Under the pieces are notes generated by a model. The model did no database searches and was not told the origin of the DNA. It was given only the letters and a program-made list of their open reading frames with translations. 64,000 nucleotides of DNA from NCBI RefSeq assembly GCF_009914755.1, contig NC_060936.1; one strand, written 5' to 3'. Below, in pieces: positions 14,730-29,884 of the stretch. Source of the DNA: the human T2T-CHM13v2.0 reference genome, Homo sapiens. The position numbers and the translations under genes are program-made. Every line of letters begins with the position of its first letter. The stretch's first letter is position 1.

Positions 14730-16504
14730 TAGAAATTTCATCACCTTATTTTTTTATGTTCCCTTTTCGTGTTGTAGCTGTTTTATGAAATATATCTATA
14801 TATGCTTAAGACCAATTAGATTTTTTTAAATCTTTGCTTTCAACTATCAAACATATTTTAAAGAACTCAAGTCTATTATATTTACCCAGATATTTACCAT
14901 TTATGTTACTCTTGTTTTTAGTCCTGATGTTCTAAACTTTTTTCAGGTGTCATTTCCTTCCTGTATTTCAGAGTAGGTCTGCCAGCCATAAATTCTTAGT
15001 TTTCTTTCATCTGAGAATGTCTTTATTTCATCTTCATTTCCAGAGACTATTTTCTCTATATATAGAATTCTAGGTAATTTATTTTTAATTCAACATTTAA
15101 AAAATGTTCTACCACTTCCTTTTGGCTTCTATGGCTTCAGATAAAAAATGTGTTATTCAAGTTATTGTTTCTCTGTAAATCATGTATCATTTTTCTATGT
15201 CCATTTTCAAGCCTTTTTTTATTGTCTTTAATTTTTAGCCATTTGATATGCTGTGTCTGAGCATAGATTTCTTTGGATTTATCTTGTTTCAGATTCACTG
15301 AGCTTCCTGCATCTGTAGGTTTACATCTTTTGCCAAATTTGGAGAGTTTTCAGCCATTAATTCTTCAAATTTTTTTACACTATACTCTTTCTCCTCTTTT
15401 CCTGAAACACCAATGATATAAATGTAGGCCTTTTAGTATTGGCTCTGAGGACAATGAAGTCCCTAGTCTCTGTTCTTTTGTTTGTTTGTTTCTTTCCTTT
15501 TTTTTCTCTGTTGTTCAGATAGAATAATTCTATTGATCCAATTTCAAATGTATTTGACTCTTTCCTCTTTCATCTCTGTTCTGTTAAGTCCATTCACTGC
15601 AACTTTTTCCCCAGCTATTGTATTTTTTCAGTTCTATAATTTCCATTTGGTTATTAAAAATATCTTCTAGTCCTTTGGTGAGATTTTCTACTGTTCTATT
15701 CATTTCAATAGTATTTTCCTTTACTTCTTAGAGCATTTAAAAATATCTGCTTTAAAGTTTTTGTCAGAAAATTTCAACATCTGTGTCATCTTGGCTTTGA
15801 CATCTGTTGACTGTTTTCTCCCATGTGAGTCGAGATTTTCCTAGTTCTTCATATGCTAAGTAATTTTGGATTTTATGCTGGAAATTTTGAGTGTTGGCTA
15901 TGGGACTATGGGTCTTCTTAAAATCTTATGGATAATGCTGATATTTTGTTTTAGCAGAAAAATTGACTTGAATGGGTTAAGGTTGCATGTTTTGTTGGTT
16001 ATAGTTTCAGAGTCAGTTCTCTTTCCAAACCCTTTGCTGTGTTATTCAGATATGTCCTGTGTATGCACTGTTTAGTGGCCTCTCTGGGACCTGGATAGTG
16101 GTATCTCACTTAGTTCCATTCCCAAGGACTGACATGATGCTTAGAATCAGATCCATGTTCAGGAGTGAACCTAGGAGTTCATAAGGAATTTTTATGGGGT
16201 TATGTTCTAAACCTCCTGTCTCTATGTCATCTCTCTGTTACTTTTAAGTTCCCTGGGCTTCACTCTTTCCGTCTTTAGGTCAGAAACCTGGAACTTCAGT
16301 TACTCCTGTCTTCTGTGTACTTCTCATAACTGCACCTGCGTTTGGTGCAGATGGGAGGGTAGTGGTAAGGGAGAAAAAGGGAAAAACAACAGGGGTTTGT
16401 CTCCTTCTCTTGAGATCTTAGCTCCTTCAACTGAAGGAAAAGTTTCCCCTTCTTCAGAGTTTTAGGCCCCTCTCCCCATCACTGCTGCAGCATTGCTGGG
16501 GGAC

Positions 16505-16640
16505 TGGGAAGAAAAACAAAAAGAAAGAGAGAAGAAGAAGAGGAGGAAGAGGAAGAGGAGGAGGAAGAAGATGAAGAGGAGGAAGGAAGAAAGAAGGAGG
16601 AAAAGGAGGGAGGAGAAAGGAAGAGGAAAGAAAAACAAAA
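16505..16640. repeat. GA-rich polypurine low-complexity tract
   Basis: (GGA/GAA)n runs. Confidence 0.85.
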
Positions 16641-16985
16641 CACAGAGATTTCCCCTTCTCTCTGAGCATTAGAAATTCTTATTCTTGCTGTTTAAGCAGA
16701 GCTAGAAGTCTTCTTGCACTCTTTCTGTTTATGCCCTTCCAGGCTTATTTGAGTTCAAGGGATATCGGGGTTAAATGGGAAACTTATTGCTTATTTAGTG
16801 GCCCTTTGAATTCTTGTCTTTTCAGATCCTCCTGCCAGTGTTTACTTTTCAGTTATCACATACCTACATCATGCATTCTGTCTAGGTTTTACAGCTGCAT
16901 TTAGTGAAGACACAGGATGGAGTATGCTCATTTCATCTTACCCAGAACCAGAATAAAATATTTTTATTTAAAAAGTACAAAATCA

Positions 16986-17308
<323 letters not shown>

Positions 17309-17366
17309 TCAAAAAATAGATGAGAAAGAATGTTGGAAATTCACTACCCTAGAACCATTGTGAACT

Positions 17367-17500
17367 TTTTTTTTTTTTTAAAGAAATGGGGTCTTACTAT
17401 ATATTGCCCAGGCTGGACTTAAACTCCTGGGGGCTCAAGTGATCCTCTCAATTCAGCCTCTTGAGTAGCTGAGACTACAGGTGTGTGCCACCACACCCAG
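17367..17500 (-). mobile_element. Alu monomer (FLAM-like)
   Basis: About 130-bp reverse monomer with poly-T. Confidence 0.75.
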
Positions 17501-17564
17501 ATCCACTGTAGACATTTGGCATCTACAACCTGACAGATATTTTCTATGAAAATATATTGATTTT

Positions 17565-17890
<326 letters not shown>

Positions 17891-18009
17891 TTACTACATA
17901 AAAATGGAATTGGTATGGTTTTGTGGTAAAAGCATGAATTCTACCTAGTTTGGATTTCATCTCTACTATTTACAACTTGTATGATTTTAGGCAAACTACT
18001 AATTCTCTC

Positions 18010-18300
<291 letters not shown>

Positions 18301-18786
18301 AGGAGTTGTATTATTACTCAAAGCAGTCTCCCAGAGCTTTCGAAGATCAGAGTTTTTAAACATAATTTGGTGGGTGGGGGCTTGGGAAGTGGGGAGTGCT
18401 GATTGGTCAGGTTGAAGATGGAATCATGGGGGTCGAAGTGAGTTTTTCTTTCCGTCTTCTGTTCCTGGGTGGGATGGTAGAACTAGCTGAGCCAGATTAC
18501 TAGTCTGGGTGGTGTCAGCTGATCCATCAAGTGCAAAGTCTGCAAAATATCTTAAGCACTAAGCTTAGGTTTTACAATAGTGATATTATCTTTAGCAGCA
18601 ATTTGAGAAGGTTCAGACTTCTGGAGTCAGAGGCTTCATGAACCCTAAACCATAATTTCTAATTTTGTAGCTAATTTGTTAGTCCTGCAAAGGCAGACTG
18701 GTTCCCAGGCAAGAAGGGGGTCTTTTGGGGAAAGGCTCTTATCAATTTTGTTTCAGAGTCAAACCATGAGGTGAATTCCTTCCCAA
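18301..18786 (-). mobile_element. LTR8-like ERV1 LTR fragment
   Basis: ttattactcaaagcagtctcc...ggggagtgctgattggtcagg...gtctgcaaaatatct. Confidence 0.7.
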
Positions 18787-19499
18787 TTTTTTATTCCCAC
18801 ATTTGTTCCTTCCATCTCCATCCTTCCAACTTGATTTATATAAGGGAGTATTTCTTCAGGCACAGAACACATCCTCCTGACCTATGAAAGAGAAAAAGAA
18901 TGGAAAGACAGCTCATGTTTTTTGGGGGATTAGTAGACTTTTTTCCAAAGACCTTTATCAGTAGTTTCAACACATAATGTCATGGTAACCTGGTTTGGTA
19001 TGTGGCAGATGCTCAGATGTGTCCATCTGTCGTGACCTCTAGAGTACTCCGCCTCTACTTCTACTCTCTGAAGTGATTCTTCTTTTGTGTGTGTGCTGGT
19101 GTCATGCAAAGCTGTGGTATCTGACACCGTCATTTTACAGATGTACTGTATTTTCCAGCTGCTAATCTTAGATGTGGAAATAATGATCTTCAGCTTCATT
19201 TCCCCCCTCTATTAGAGTTGAATCCTGTAATTTTGCTCATTAGATTTGCAAATGAAGGTTATCTTATACTGTTTAGCTTGGTTAACCGTTAACCGTGGGT
19301 GGTGATGCACCTCCTGTCACGCTGATGAGAAGCAGCCCCTGCCTGCCAACCTTCACCAAGGCCTCCTGCTGAAGGAGAGGTTGTGTGGGAAAGGAACTGG
19401 AAATCAATGGGAAGAGGGCTGCAGGATCCAGGGCACTTCTCTTGAATGTCTCAGTTTTTCCTGATTCTTGAGCACTTAAACATCAGCCTCTCATAATAG

Positions 19500-20048
19500 T
19501 GAAGGAATTCAGAATATGCCACCCCAAAATATGCTGCTTTGGCATATTGATTATTTTGAGCTGAAGGAAATTGAGAAACAGCAGATGCAGAAAGGGATCT
19601 CTGCCCTCCTTTCCACCTAAAAGCAGGTGATCAAATTTATCATGGAAAGGATGCCTTCCCTGTATCAAGAGAAAAGAACGTTCTTATTTTCAGAGACTTG
19701 GAATCAACACAGAAATGGACATGCACAAACAAACTTACTAAAATAATCCATATCTTGCATTAGTTTCCCCCATATATTTCCTAGTCACTGTCCCACGATT
19801 TATTGCCCCTTATTCAAGCTCCTTGCCTCGTCATATCCTCACAATTTGTCATTCTTTTTGTAAAAAGGTATAGAAGCTTTTGGGCCTAACAGCTTCTTTG
19901 GGCTGTTGTTTTCTTTTTAAAGACTCCTGTGTAAATGCGAAAATATGAAGTCTGTATGCTTTTCTCCTGTTAATCTGTCTTATGTCCGTTTCATTCTTAG
20001 GCCAGCTACAGATCTAAGAGGGTAGAAGAATGTTTTTCCTAACCTACA
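19500..20048 (+). mobile_element. Solo MER34-family LTR
   Basis: cagaatatgccaccccaaaatatgc...ttattttgagctgaagg; TG...CA termini; 4-bp TSD atag. Confidence 0.75.
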
Positions 20049-20344
20049 ATAGCAACAATAATAAGAGTACGCCTTGACAGGATGCTTCACAGATTACAAA
20101 GCACTCCCATAAACATTATCTCATTTAATAAGCATGATAGCCCCGTGAGATAGGTTATATTATCCTTATTTTCCACGTTGGGGAATGAAGTCTATTAAGT
20201 AGGAAATACTTGGCTTAAACAAGGTTTTCCAACTAGACATCCAACGTAATTTCACCAGGCCAGAGCCTGCATCACCCAGCGTAAAGGAATGTGATGGGAA
20301 CAGGAGCCACATGGCTCAGACATTCATGTCTTCCCACTCCATCT

Positions 20345-20510
20345 ACAGGCACATGCCACTATACCCGGCTAACATTATCTTTTTCTCTTTTTGTAAAGAC
20401 AAGGTCTTGCTTCGTTGCCCAAGCTGGTGTCAAACTCCTGGCCTCACGTGATTCTCATGCCATGGCCTCCTAACGTGCTGGAATTACAGGCATAAGCCAC
20501 CATGCCTGAC
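20345..20510 (-). mobile_element. Alu fragment (left arm)
   Basis: Reverse Alu left arm. Confidence 0.75.
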
Positions 20511-21454
20511 TTAACTTGTTACTTCTCTAACCTCCTCCTATATCCTTCTCAGTCCTTCTACTCCAGTCACAGGGATGCTTGCTGTTTCTCAAACACACCA
20601 CCCACATTCTGGAGGCAGAACCTTTGTGCTTGCTGGAATCATTCTCTCCAGGTAGATTCACGGTTCCTTCCTTGTGTCCCTTTAGGTCTCTGTTCAAACA
20701 TGACCTCATCAGAGACACCGTGTCTGGGCACCCTGCACATTCAGCACCCCTCATTATTCTGTCTCTTTCACCACAGTGCACCAAGGATTCATGGAGTGTG
20801 CCCCAGGTACAGACCAACAATAATAAAACATTCAGACTAATATTCAGGCTACTTTTTATTATCACTATGCAGCAGGAATTCTAAACAACATCAGTGATGG
20901 AATACTCTTCCCCAAGGAAAAAAACAAAAACAAATTTTCTATTGGTCTAAGTTCTAAACAGTTGCCACAGTCACTTTTGAGCTTTAAACATGAATATGCA
21001 CATTTTAAATTAGCACATTTTATTGCTTAACCCTTAAGAAAAATGATGGCATTCTACTTGGAAGTTAATTCAGGGAACTTTAGCTATACAGCTGGCCCTG
21101 ACACAAGTGGACATGACTATATATGTTTGTTTCAAAAGTAAATTTGTTATAGTTGAGAGTCATTCAAGTTTTGGGTACAGTTGGCAGGCTCAAGCCCCAT
21201 GGTATGACATATCCCTATGTAAGGATCAACTGTAGGCAAATATAAATTGACAAATCTTGCTATGCTCTGAATTTAACATGAACACGCAAGAAGGAACAAG
21301 CCATTGATAGAGCCAATGACAAATTTGAAGAAGGCTTAAAAACAGAAACTACAGTATTATTCATGCCTGTGACAGAGCAATATATAGATATGTTTTTCTT
21401 TTTTAAAAAAATTAATGCTTTAAAAATTTAATCAATTTTTTCCTTTTTGATCTC

Positions 21455-21773
<319 letters not shown>

Positions 21774-21904
21774 CTTTATTTATTTATTCTTTTTTTATTA
21801 TTAATTTTTTTACTGGCATGATAATAAATATGAAGTCCAACAAAACAAAATTTTCACTGTCTGCTTTTCTTTTCTGGCCATTATTAATATGTGCTCTGTA
21901 TTAC

Positions 21905-22689
21905 CGAAACGGGAAAGGTTCCCTCGTCCCCCTCACAGGGTGTGTGACGGGGGAGTGCCTCGCTTCTTCAATGCCCCGCTGCTCAAACCTCTAAGGGAGA
22001 ATGGAGATGGGAAGGCTATATAGAGCTCCGACCCCAGGGCAGTGTCTAGGGGTGATTGTTTACAGCTTCTGAAGCCCCAGCGGGCATGTGTTATAGGGTG
22101 CTCTTTTAGTTTCCCGTCTATAGGTGACTTGTGTTCATCAGCTCAATTCGACCCCCTTCGTTATCACAAGGACAGAGGGATTTCTGTATCCCGGGGTTTC
22201 TGTATCCCGGGGTTTCTTGCCTTGGTGCACCAGAAGAATTGGATCACACGTGGACTTGGAGAATGAGAGCAAGGTTTTATTGAGTGGAAGTGGCTCTCAG
22301 CAAATGGGGGATCCAGAAGGGAGACGGTTCTCCCCCGGAGTTGGGCCGCTCATCAACGAGGCTCTCCTCCAACTGCCCCAGCCAAACTCCGTATTGTTCT
22401 GCGGATCGGGGTGCCTGCTGGATTGCCTGTGCCAGTGCATTCCACTTGACACCCAGCCGCCTGTGTGTGCCTCCGCCCATGTGCTCCTGTGGACGTCTAG
22501 CCACTTCTGTGTCTGCCTGCTAGGTCTGGGAGGTTTCTATAGGCACAGGATGGGGGCATGGCAGGCCAGGGTAGTTTTGGGAAATGCAACATTTGAGCAC
22601 CAAGACAGGAGTACCGTCCTCACCTAGGTCCTTGGGGGTAGAGGCCCAGCCAGGGACCACCCTCTTCCCTTCCCAGCACTCCGGTATCA
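21905..22689 (-). mobile_element. Solo LTR1 (HUERS-P2-type ERV1)
   Basis: Reverse strand tgataccggagtgctgggaagggaagag...ggaacctttcccgtttc; 4-bp TSD ttac at 21901-21904 and 22690-22693. Confidence 0.82.
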
Positions 22690-22959
22690 TTACTTATCTG
22701 TGTAATAATAGTGCTACAAACTTACTAGCCTGAAGGAATACACATTTATTATTTCTGTTTCTGTGGGTCAGGAGGACTTCCAGTTCCAAAATGGCAGCAT
22801 AGAAGCATGCTGACTTCACTCCCTCCACAATAAACCAAAACCAAATGTACAATGTCAAGATTATCACCAGAAATATTCCAGAACTCATATATGAAAAAGA
22901 GTTCCCAGGGCCACAAAGAAGTGAAAAACTCTAAGCAGATGGTAAGAGAATTGGACTTC

Positions 22960-24319
22960 TGAGAGGTGACAATGTGCTAGCAGCCCTTGCTAGCTCTCGG
23001 GGCCTCCTCGGCCTCCGCGTCCGCTCTGGCCGTGCTTGAAGAGCCCTTCAGCCCACCACTGCGCTGTGGGGTCCCCTTTCTGGGGCTGGCGGAGGCTGGA
23101 GCCGGCTCCCTCTGCTCCAGGGAGGTGTGGAGGGAGAGGCGCAGACGAGAGCTGGGGCTGCGCGGTGCTTGCAGTCCGGCATGGGTTCTGGGTGGGCACG
23201 GGCTCGGAGGGCCCCGCACTCCGGGCAGCAGGCTGGTGCCTGCTGGGCTTGATCAGAGGCTGGGTCCCCTGCTTGGATCGCCATTCCCTCTTCACCGAGT
23301 TGTTGGCAACGATGGCGGGTCTCTGTCTCTTTCTGGCTTCCCCTTTTCCTCTTGGTTGTCTGGGACGAGCTCCTTCTGGGTTGCCGGAGTGTCCAGGATA
23401 GGTGCCGCAAAGTCAAGCCAGTGCCAGTGAAAGGTGAAGCCTGCTGGGCTTCTGGGATGGGTGGGGACTTGGAGAACTTTTGTGTCTAGCTAAAGGATTG
23501 TAAATGCACCAATCAGCACTCTGTGTCTAGCTAAAGGTTTATAAACACACCAATCAGTGCTCTGTGTCTAGCTAATTGGGTGGGGACTTGGAGAACTTTT
23601 GTGTCTAGCTAAAGGACTGTAAACGCACCAATCAGCACAATCAGCACTCTGTGTCTAGCTAAAGGTTTGTAAACGCACCAATCAGCACTCTGTCAAAATG
23701 GACCAATCAGCTCTCTGTAAAATGGAACAACCAGCAGGATGTGGGTGGGGCCATACAAGGGAATAAAAGCAGGTCACCCAAGCCAGCAGCCACAACGCGG
23801 GTACCGTTGCACGCTGTGGAGGGTTTAGCTCTTTGCAATAAATCTTGCTGCTGCTCACTCTTTGGGTTGGCACTGCCTTTATGAACTGTAACACTAACCA
23901 CGAAGGTCTGCAGCTTCACTCCTGAAGCCAGCGAGACCACGAACTCACCAGGAGGGACGAACAATTCCAGATGGGAGGAACAAACAACTCCGGACACGCC
24001 ACCTTTATGAACTGTAACACTCACCGCGAAGGTCTGCAGCTTCACTCCTGAGGCCAGCAAGACCATGAACCCACCGGGAGGAAGGAATAACTCCAGACGC
24101 ATCGCCTTTAAGAGCTGTAACACTCACCACAAAGGGATGCAGCTTCACTCCTGATGTCAGCCACGAACCCACCAGAAGGAAGAAACTCCGGACCCATCTG
24201 AACATCTGAAGGAACAAACTCCGGACACACCATCTTTAAGAACTGCAACACTCACTGCGAGGATCCGCGGCTTCATTCTTGAAGTCAGCGAGTCCAAGAA
24301 CCCACCAATTCTGGACACA
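22960..24319 (+). mobile_element. Solo LTR12 (ERV9; D/E-like variant)
   Basis: tgagaggtgac...ctggacaca; GC-rich 5' block, tandem CCAAT repeats and U5 repeats; 4-bp TSD cttc at 22956-22959 and 24320-24323. Confidence 0.92.
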
Positions 24320-26479
24320 CTTCCACATTTGTGACGTCTCTCCCCTCATTCTGACTGGTATCAAGCACAAGAAATAATTTCCCCCAACTCAGTTTCTCAC
24401 TGGAAAAAATGAGGTTGAGGTGGATAACCAACTTCATCATCCTGGGTTCCATGGCAAGAGACCCATCCCTACCTTAGAGCCACAGGAAGCACTGTGAGTG
24501 CCTGAAAAGAGAAATATCCCTGAGAACAGTCAGAACCGGTGGGGAGGGAAGACTACCATCCCCTGCCCTGGGAACTGCTTTGTAAATCAGCCAAACAAGA
24601 CACCAAATCAGAGTGACTGTTCAGCAGCACCATACTGCAGAAGGTTTGTTCCACAGGTCTCCTGGGGACGAACTTCTAGCCAACCTTCCTACACTGCCAG
24701 GATATCCCCTTAGGGACCTCTGCCACTCAGAAAGGGCATGCTCTGATCATTTACTAGAGCTGAGGTGAACCTGGCGTAAAGACGCCACCTAGAGCTGAAA
24801 AGAAGACAGTCCATAGCAATAAAGAACCTTTAAGCAATTGTAGCCAATAAAAATCAAAACAAGCCAGACAGAGAAGACTGGAATAAATAATTAATCCTTC
24901 AATGTAAAGACATAGACATACATCCACAAGAAACAACAGCAAACAGGAAACCAAGGTCTCCCCAAATGGACAAAACAAGAAACCAGTGACTGACCCTAAA
25001 CGGCAGTTTTAAGGAAACTCAGTGATCGCCAAGATAACACGGAAAACAAATTTCAGAAATTTATCAGAGCAATTTAACAAAGAAATCTAAATAATTTAGA
25101 AAAACAAAAATTTTGGAACTTAGAAAAATATTTGGTGAACTGAAAAATTCATTAGAGGCTCTCAATAGCAGAGAAGACAGGCTATTTGAAAACATATAGT
25201 AAGAGGAGAAAAAAGAAAAAAAAGAATGAAAAGGAATGATGATTGCCTATAAAATTAACTCAAAAGACCACATCTAAAAATTATTGGTGTTTAAGAGAAA
25301 GTCGAGCAAGGGGAAGGGGTAGAAAGTTTAATCAAAGAAATAATAACATAAAACTTTCCAAACTTGAGAAAAATATAAATATCCAGGTACTGGAAGGTCA
25401 GAGAACACAAAATAAGATTTGACTCAAATAAGACTGCTCCAAGGCATATAATAAACTCCCAAAGGTGAAGGACAAAGAGGATCCTAAAGGCAGCAAGAGA
25501 AAAGCAAGTAACATATAAAGGATTTCCGATTCATCTGGCAATAAACTTCTCAATGGAAACCATACAGGCCAGGAGGGAGTAGGATAACATTTTCAAAGAA
25601 GTACTGAAAGAAAAAAACTACCATTCAAGAATAGTGTCCAGCAAAGGTATTCTTCACCTGTGAAGGAGAGATAAAGTCGTTCCCAGATAAGCAAAAGGGA
25701 AGAGAATTCACCACCACCAGACCTGTCATACAAAAAATGCTAAAGGGAGTTCTTCAATCAATCTAAAAGCAAAATGTGCGATAAAAAGAGAAAAAAGAAA
25801 AGAAAAAAGAAAGAAAAACTAAAGAAAGAAAAAAAGAAGAAATAAAATATTTGAAGGTGTAAAACCCACTGGTAAAATTAAGTAAGTAGACAAACCCAGA
25901 ATACTCTTACACTGTAATTGTGGAGTGCAATCCACTCATAACTCTAGTATGAAGCCCAAAAGATGCATCTACCAAAACAATAATAGCTACATTAACCTGT
26001 TAAAATATAGGCAATATAAACAGAGGCAAATTAAGACAAAAGTCAAAATGTGAGAGTAAGGAAGTTGTAGATTTTTTTTTTTTTGCTTTTGCTTTGTGTG
26101 TTTCCATTCTTTTCTTTGTGGTCTAAGATAAGTTGTTATCTCCTTAAAATAATTTGTTTTATCTATAAAATGTTTTTCATAAGCCTCATGGTAACCCCAA
26201 TGCAAAAACCTATAATAGATTCACTAAAAGTTAAAAGCAACAAATTAAAACTTACTACCAGAGAAAGTCACTTAACCACAAAGAGAGACAGTAAAAAAGC
26301 AAGAAGGAAGGGAGGAATTACAAAATAATCAGAAAACAACAAAATAGCAGCAGTGAGTCCTTATCAATAACACTGAATGTAAATTCACTGAATTCTCCAA
26401 TTAAAAGGCATAGAGTGGATGAATGAATAAAGAAACGAGACTCAACTATATAATGCCTACAGGAAACCCATTCCACCTA

Positions 26480-26829
<350 letters not shown>

Positions 26830-28056
26830 TCATACCACTGGAAGCCAAAACAAAGCAGGAGTAGCCGTACTTAGATAAAATAGACTACAAATCAAAGACT
26901 GCAAAAAGAGACAAAGAAGGTCACTAAATAATAATAAAGGGGTGAATTCAGCAAGAAAATATAACAATTATAAATATCTATGCACGCAACACTAGGGCCC
27001 CTAAGTATATAAAGCAAACATTAATAGAGCTAAAGGAAAAGATGGATTGAAATACACTAATAGCAAGGGACTTTAACACTCTACTCTCAGGAAACCGACA
27101 GATTATCCTGACAGAAAATTAACAAAGAAACTTTGGAGTTGAACTACACAGCACAGTAGACCGGATAGGTATGACAATTACAGAACATTTCACTCAAATC
27201 CTGCAGAATACACATTCTTTTCATTAGTATATGGAACATTCTCCTGAATAGATTATATCTTAGGCCACAAAAAAGGTCTGAATACATTCAAAAAAGTAGA
27301 AATTACATCATGTATCAAATGGTTTTTTCTGACCACAGTGGAATAAACCTAGAGATCAATAACAAGAGGAACCTCTAAATCTTCCCAAACACATGGAAAT
27401 TAAACAACATGCTCCTGAACCACCAATGGGTCAATGAAGAAATTAAGAAGAAAATTTTAAAATTTCTTGAAAAGAATAAAAATGGAAATACAATATACCA
27501 AAATCTATGGGATACAGCAAAAGCAGTAGTAAGAGGGAAATTTATAGCAATAAATGCCTATATCAAAAAGCAGAAAGAAATATAAAATTAAATATAAATA
27601 ATTTGTATTCAAAAAAGTAGAAATACTTCAAATAAACCTAAAGGAATTAGGAAAGCAAAAACAAAACAAACCCAAAATACACAGAAGGAAAGTAAAAAAG
27701 ATCAGAGCAGAAATAAATGAACTTGAGACTAAAAAATACAGAATATCAAAGAAATAAAAAGTTGGTTTTTGGAAAAGATAAACAAAATCACAGTTTTAGT
27801 GGGTCAGGAATCAGGGCATGGCTTGACTGTGTCCTCCACTTCAGGGTCTCACAAGGATGCAATCAAGGTGTCAGCTGAGGTTAGACTGAGCAAGGATCCA
27901 CTTCCAAGCTCAGGTAGTAGTTAACAAGATTCAGTAACTCATGGGATATTGGACTGAGGGCCTCAGTCTCTTGCTGGATATTGGTCTTGGACTGCCCTCT
28001 GCTCCTTGCCATGGGGCTTTCTCAACATGACCTTTGCTTTCTTAAAGTAAGCAAGA

Positions 28057-28332
<276 letters not shown>

Positions 28333-28502
28333 CTACCCAGAAAAGCTAGCAAGAGTGAGCATCTCCAAGCAAGATGGGGTACAATTTTATGTTGCACAAT
28401 CGTATCCCATCAGCTTTGCCATATTCTACTGGTTAGAAGCAATTAACAAGTCTCACCCACACTCGAGGGGATTTACACAAGACATGAATAGCATAAGGTG
28501 GG

Positions 28503-28883
28503 TGTATTAGTCTGTTCTTACACGGCTGTAAAGGATTGCCTAAGACTGGGAAATTTGTAAAGAAAAGATGTTTAATTGGCTCACAGTGCCACGGGCTGTA
28601 CAAGAAGCAAGGCTGAAGAAGCTTCAGGAAACTTTCAATCATGGCAGAAGGTGAAGGGGAAACTGGCAAGTCTTACATGACAGGAGCAGGACGAAGAGAG
28701 AGCGGGGAGGTGCCACACAGTTTTAAACAACCAAATCTTGCAAGAAATCACTCACTATCATGAGAACAGCAAGGGGGTAATCCACCCCCACGATCCAATC
28801 ACCTCCCACCTGGCCCCTTCTCCAACACTGAGGATTACAATTCAAGATGAGATTTGGGCAGGCCACAGACCCAAATCATACCA
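28503..28883 (-). mobile_element. Solo MSTA-like MaLR LTR
   Basis: tgtattagtc...aaatcatacca; 5-bp TSD gtggg. Confidence 0.85.
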
Positions 28884-29852
28884 GTGGGCATCATGGGGGC
28901 CCTCTTAGACTCTGCTGCATGTTTCATTTCACGATTATTTAATATAATTTTTCATATAATAATTTGTCATATAAAGGAGGCAGATATTTAAAAATTGATC
29001 TGCTCAGGGTGTCAGATGCACTAGGTACACCACTGCCCTTTATCCTACTTAATTTTTGTCATAATACTTGCCTGATTTATTGTATATTTTCATTATTTTA
29101 TATAACATTTAATATATTTATATATTTTATTAATATATAATGAACAATAAGTTTATTAATATATGTTCATATTTCATAGTCTATATTATTTAACATTTAT
29201 TATATATTTTATGTGTTATTCACCTTGTATGTTTATTTGTTCATTGTCATCTCCGCCTTATAACCTCCTTAAGGGCAGGACTTTTTCTGGTGTGTTCACT
29301 ATATTCAGCACCTAGAGCATTGGCTGGCACATTAGAAGAACTCAATAAATATTTGATGGCTAACTATGTGTAATGTTCAGAAGTGTTAATATAGGAGACT
29401 AGATTGTAAACTCCCCACGTATTTTAAAATCTCATAGATTTTTAAATTAGGTTTTATATGAACCACCCTCTAGCCTTTTAGTTTTCCCCTAGCTTTACCT
29501 CCTCATTTCTAAATTTGTTTGTATTTCTAACCTTGTACTTTGTCAATGTGATACTAAAATAGCTGAATATAAAGTGAGATTTTGGTAAATGACCCATGAT
29601 TTTTTTTTTAGTAATACCAAATGACAGTCCATCATAGCCAGTCTGTCTTCTGGCAGCCCTGATTTCTGAACTTTGCACATATTGGAGATTATTTTGCTTC
29701 TTTCTACCTACAGAACATGTAGGGGCCTGGGGATGCGGCAAGAATCTCACACCTCTTGGAAAGAGGAAGTGAAATTGGCCTTTTGCAACTTCATTTTAAT
29801 AAAGGGCCTGAGTTAAAGTCTAATCCCAGCCGGCTGAGCCAGTGATAATGTA

Positions 29853-29855
<3 letters not shown>

Positions 29856-29884
<29 letters not shown>
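29856..29884. repeat. (GT)n microsatellite
   Basis: About 14 GT units. Confidence 0.95.

Noticed and set aside
18930-19199. 89-aa ATG-initiated ORF in unique sequence
   Set aside because: No recognisable protein family, and the length is within chance expectation
22977-24217. Cluster of overlapping GC-rich ORFs (likewise 50006-51110)
   Set aside because: They lie inside LTR12 elements and are open because GC-rich repeat sequence is poor in stop codons
23470-24260. Regularly spaced repeats resembling a CRISPR-like array (also 50680-51500)
   Set aside because: These are the known U3 CCAAT and U5 tandem repeats of LTR12; there are no unique spacers, no cas genes, and the context is eukaryotic
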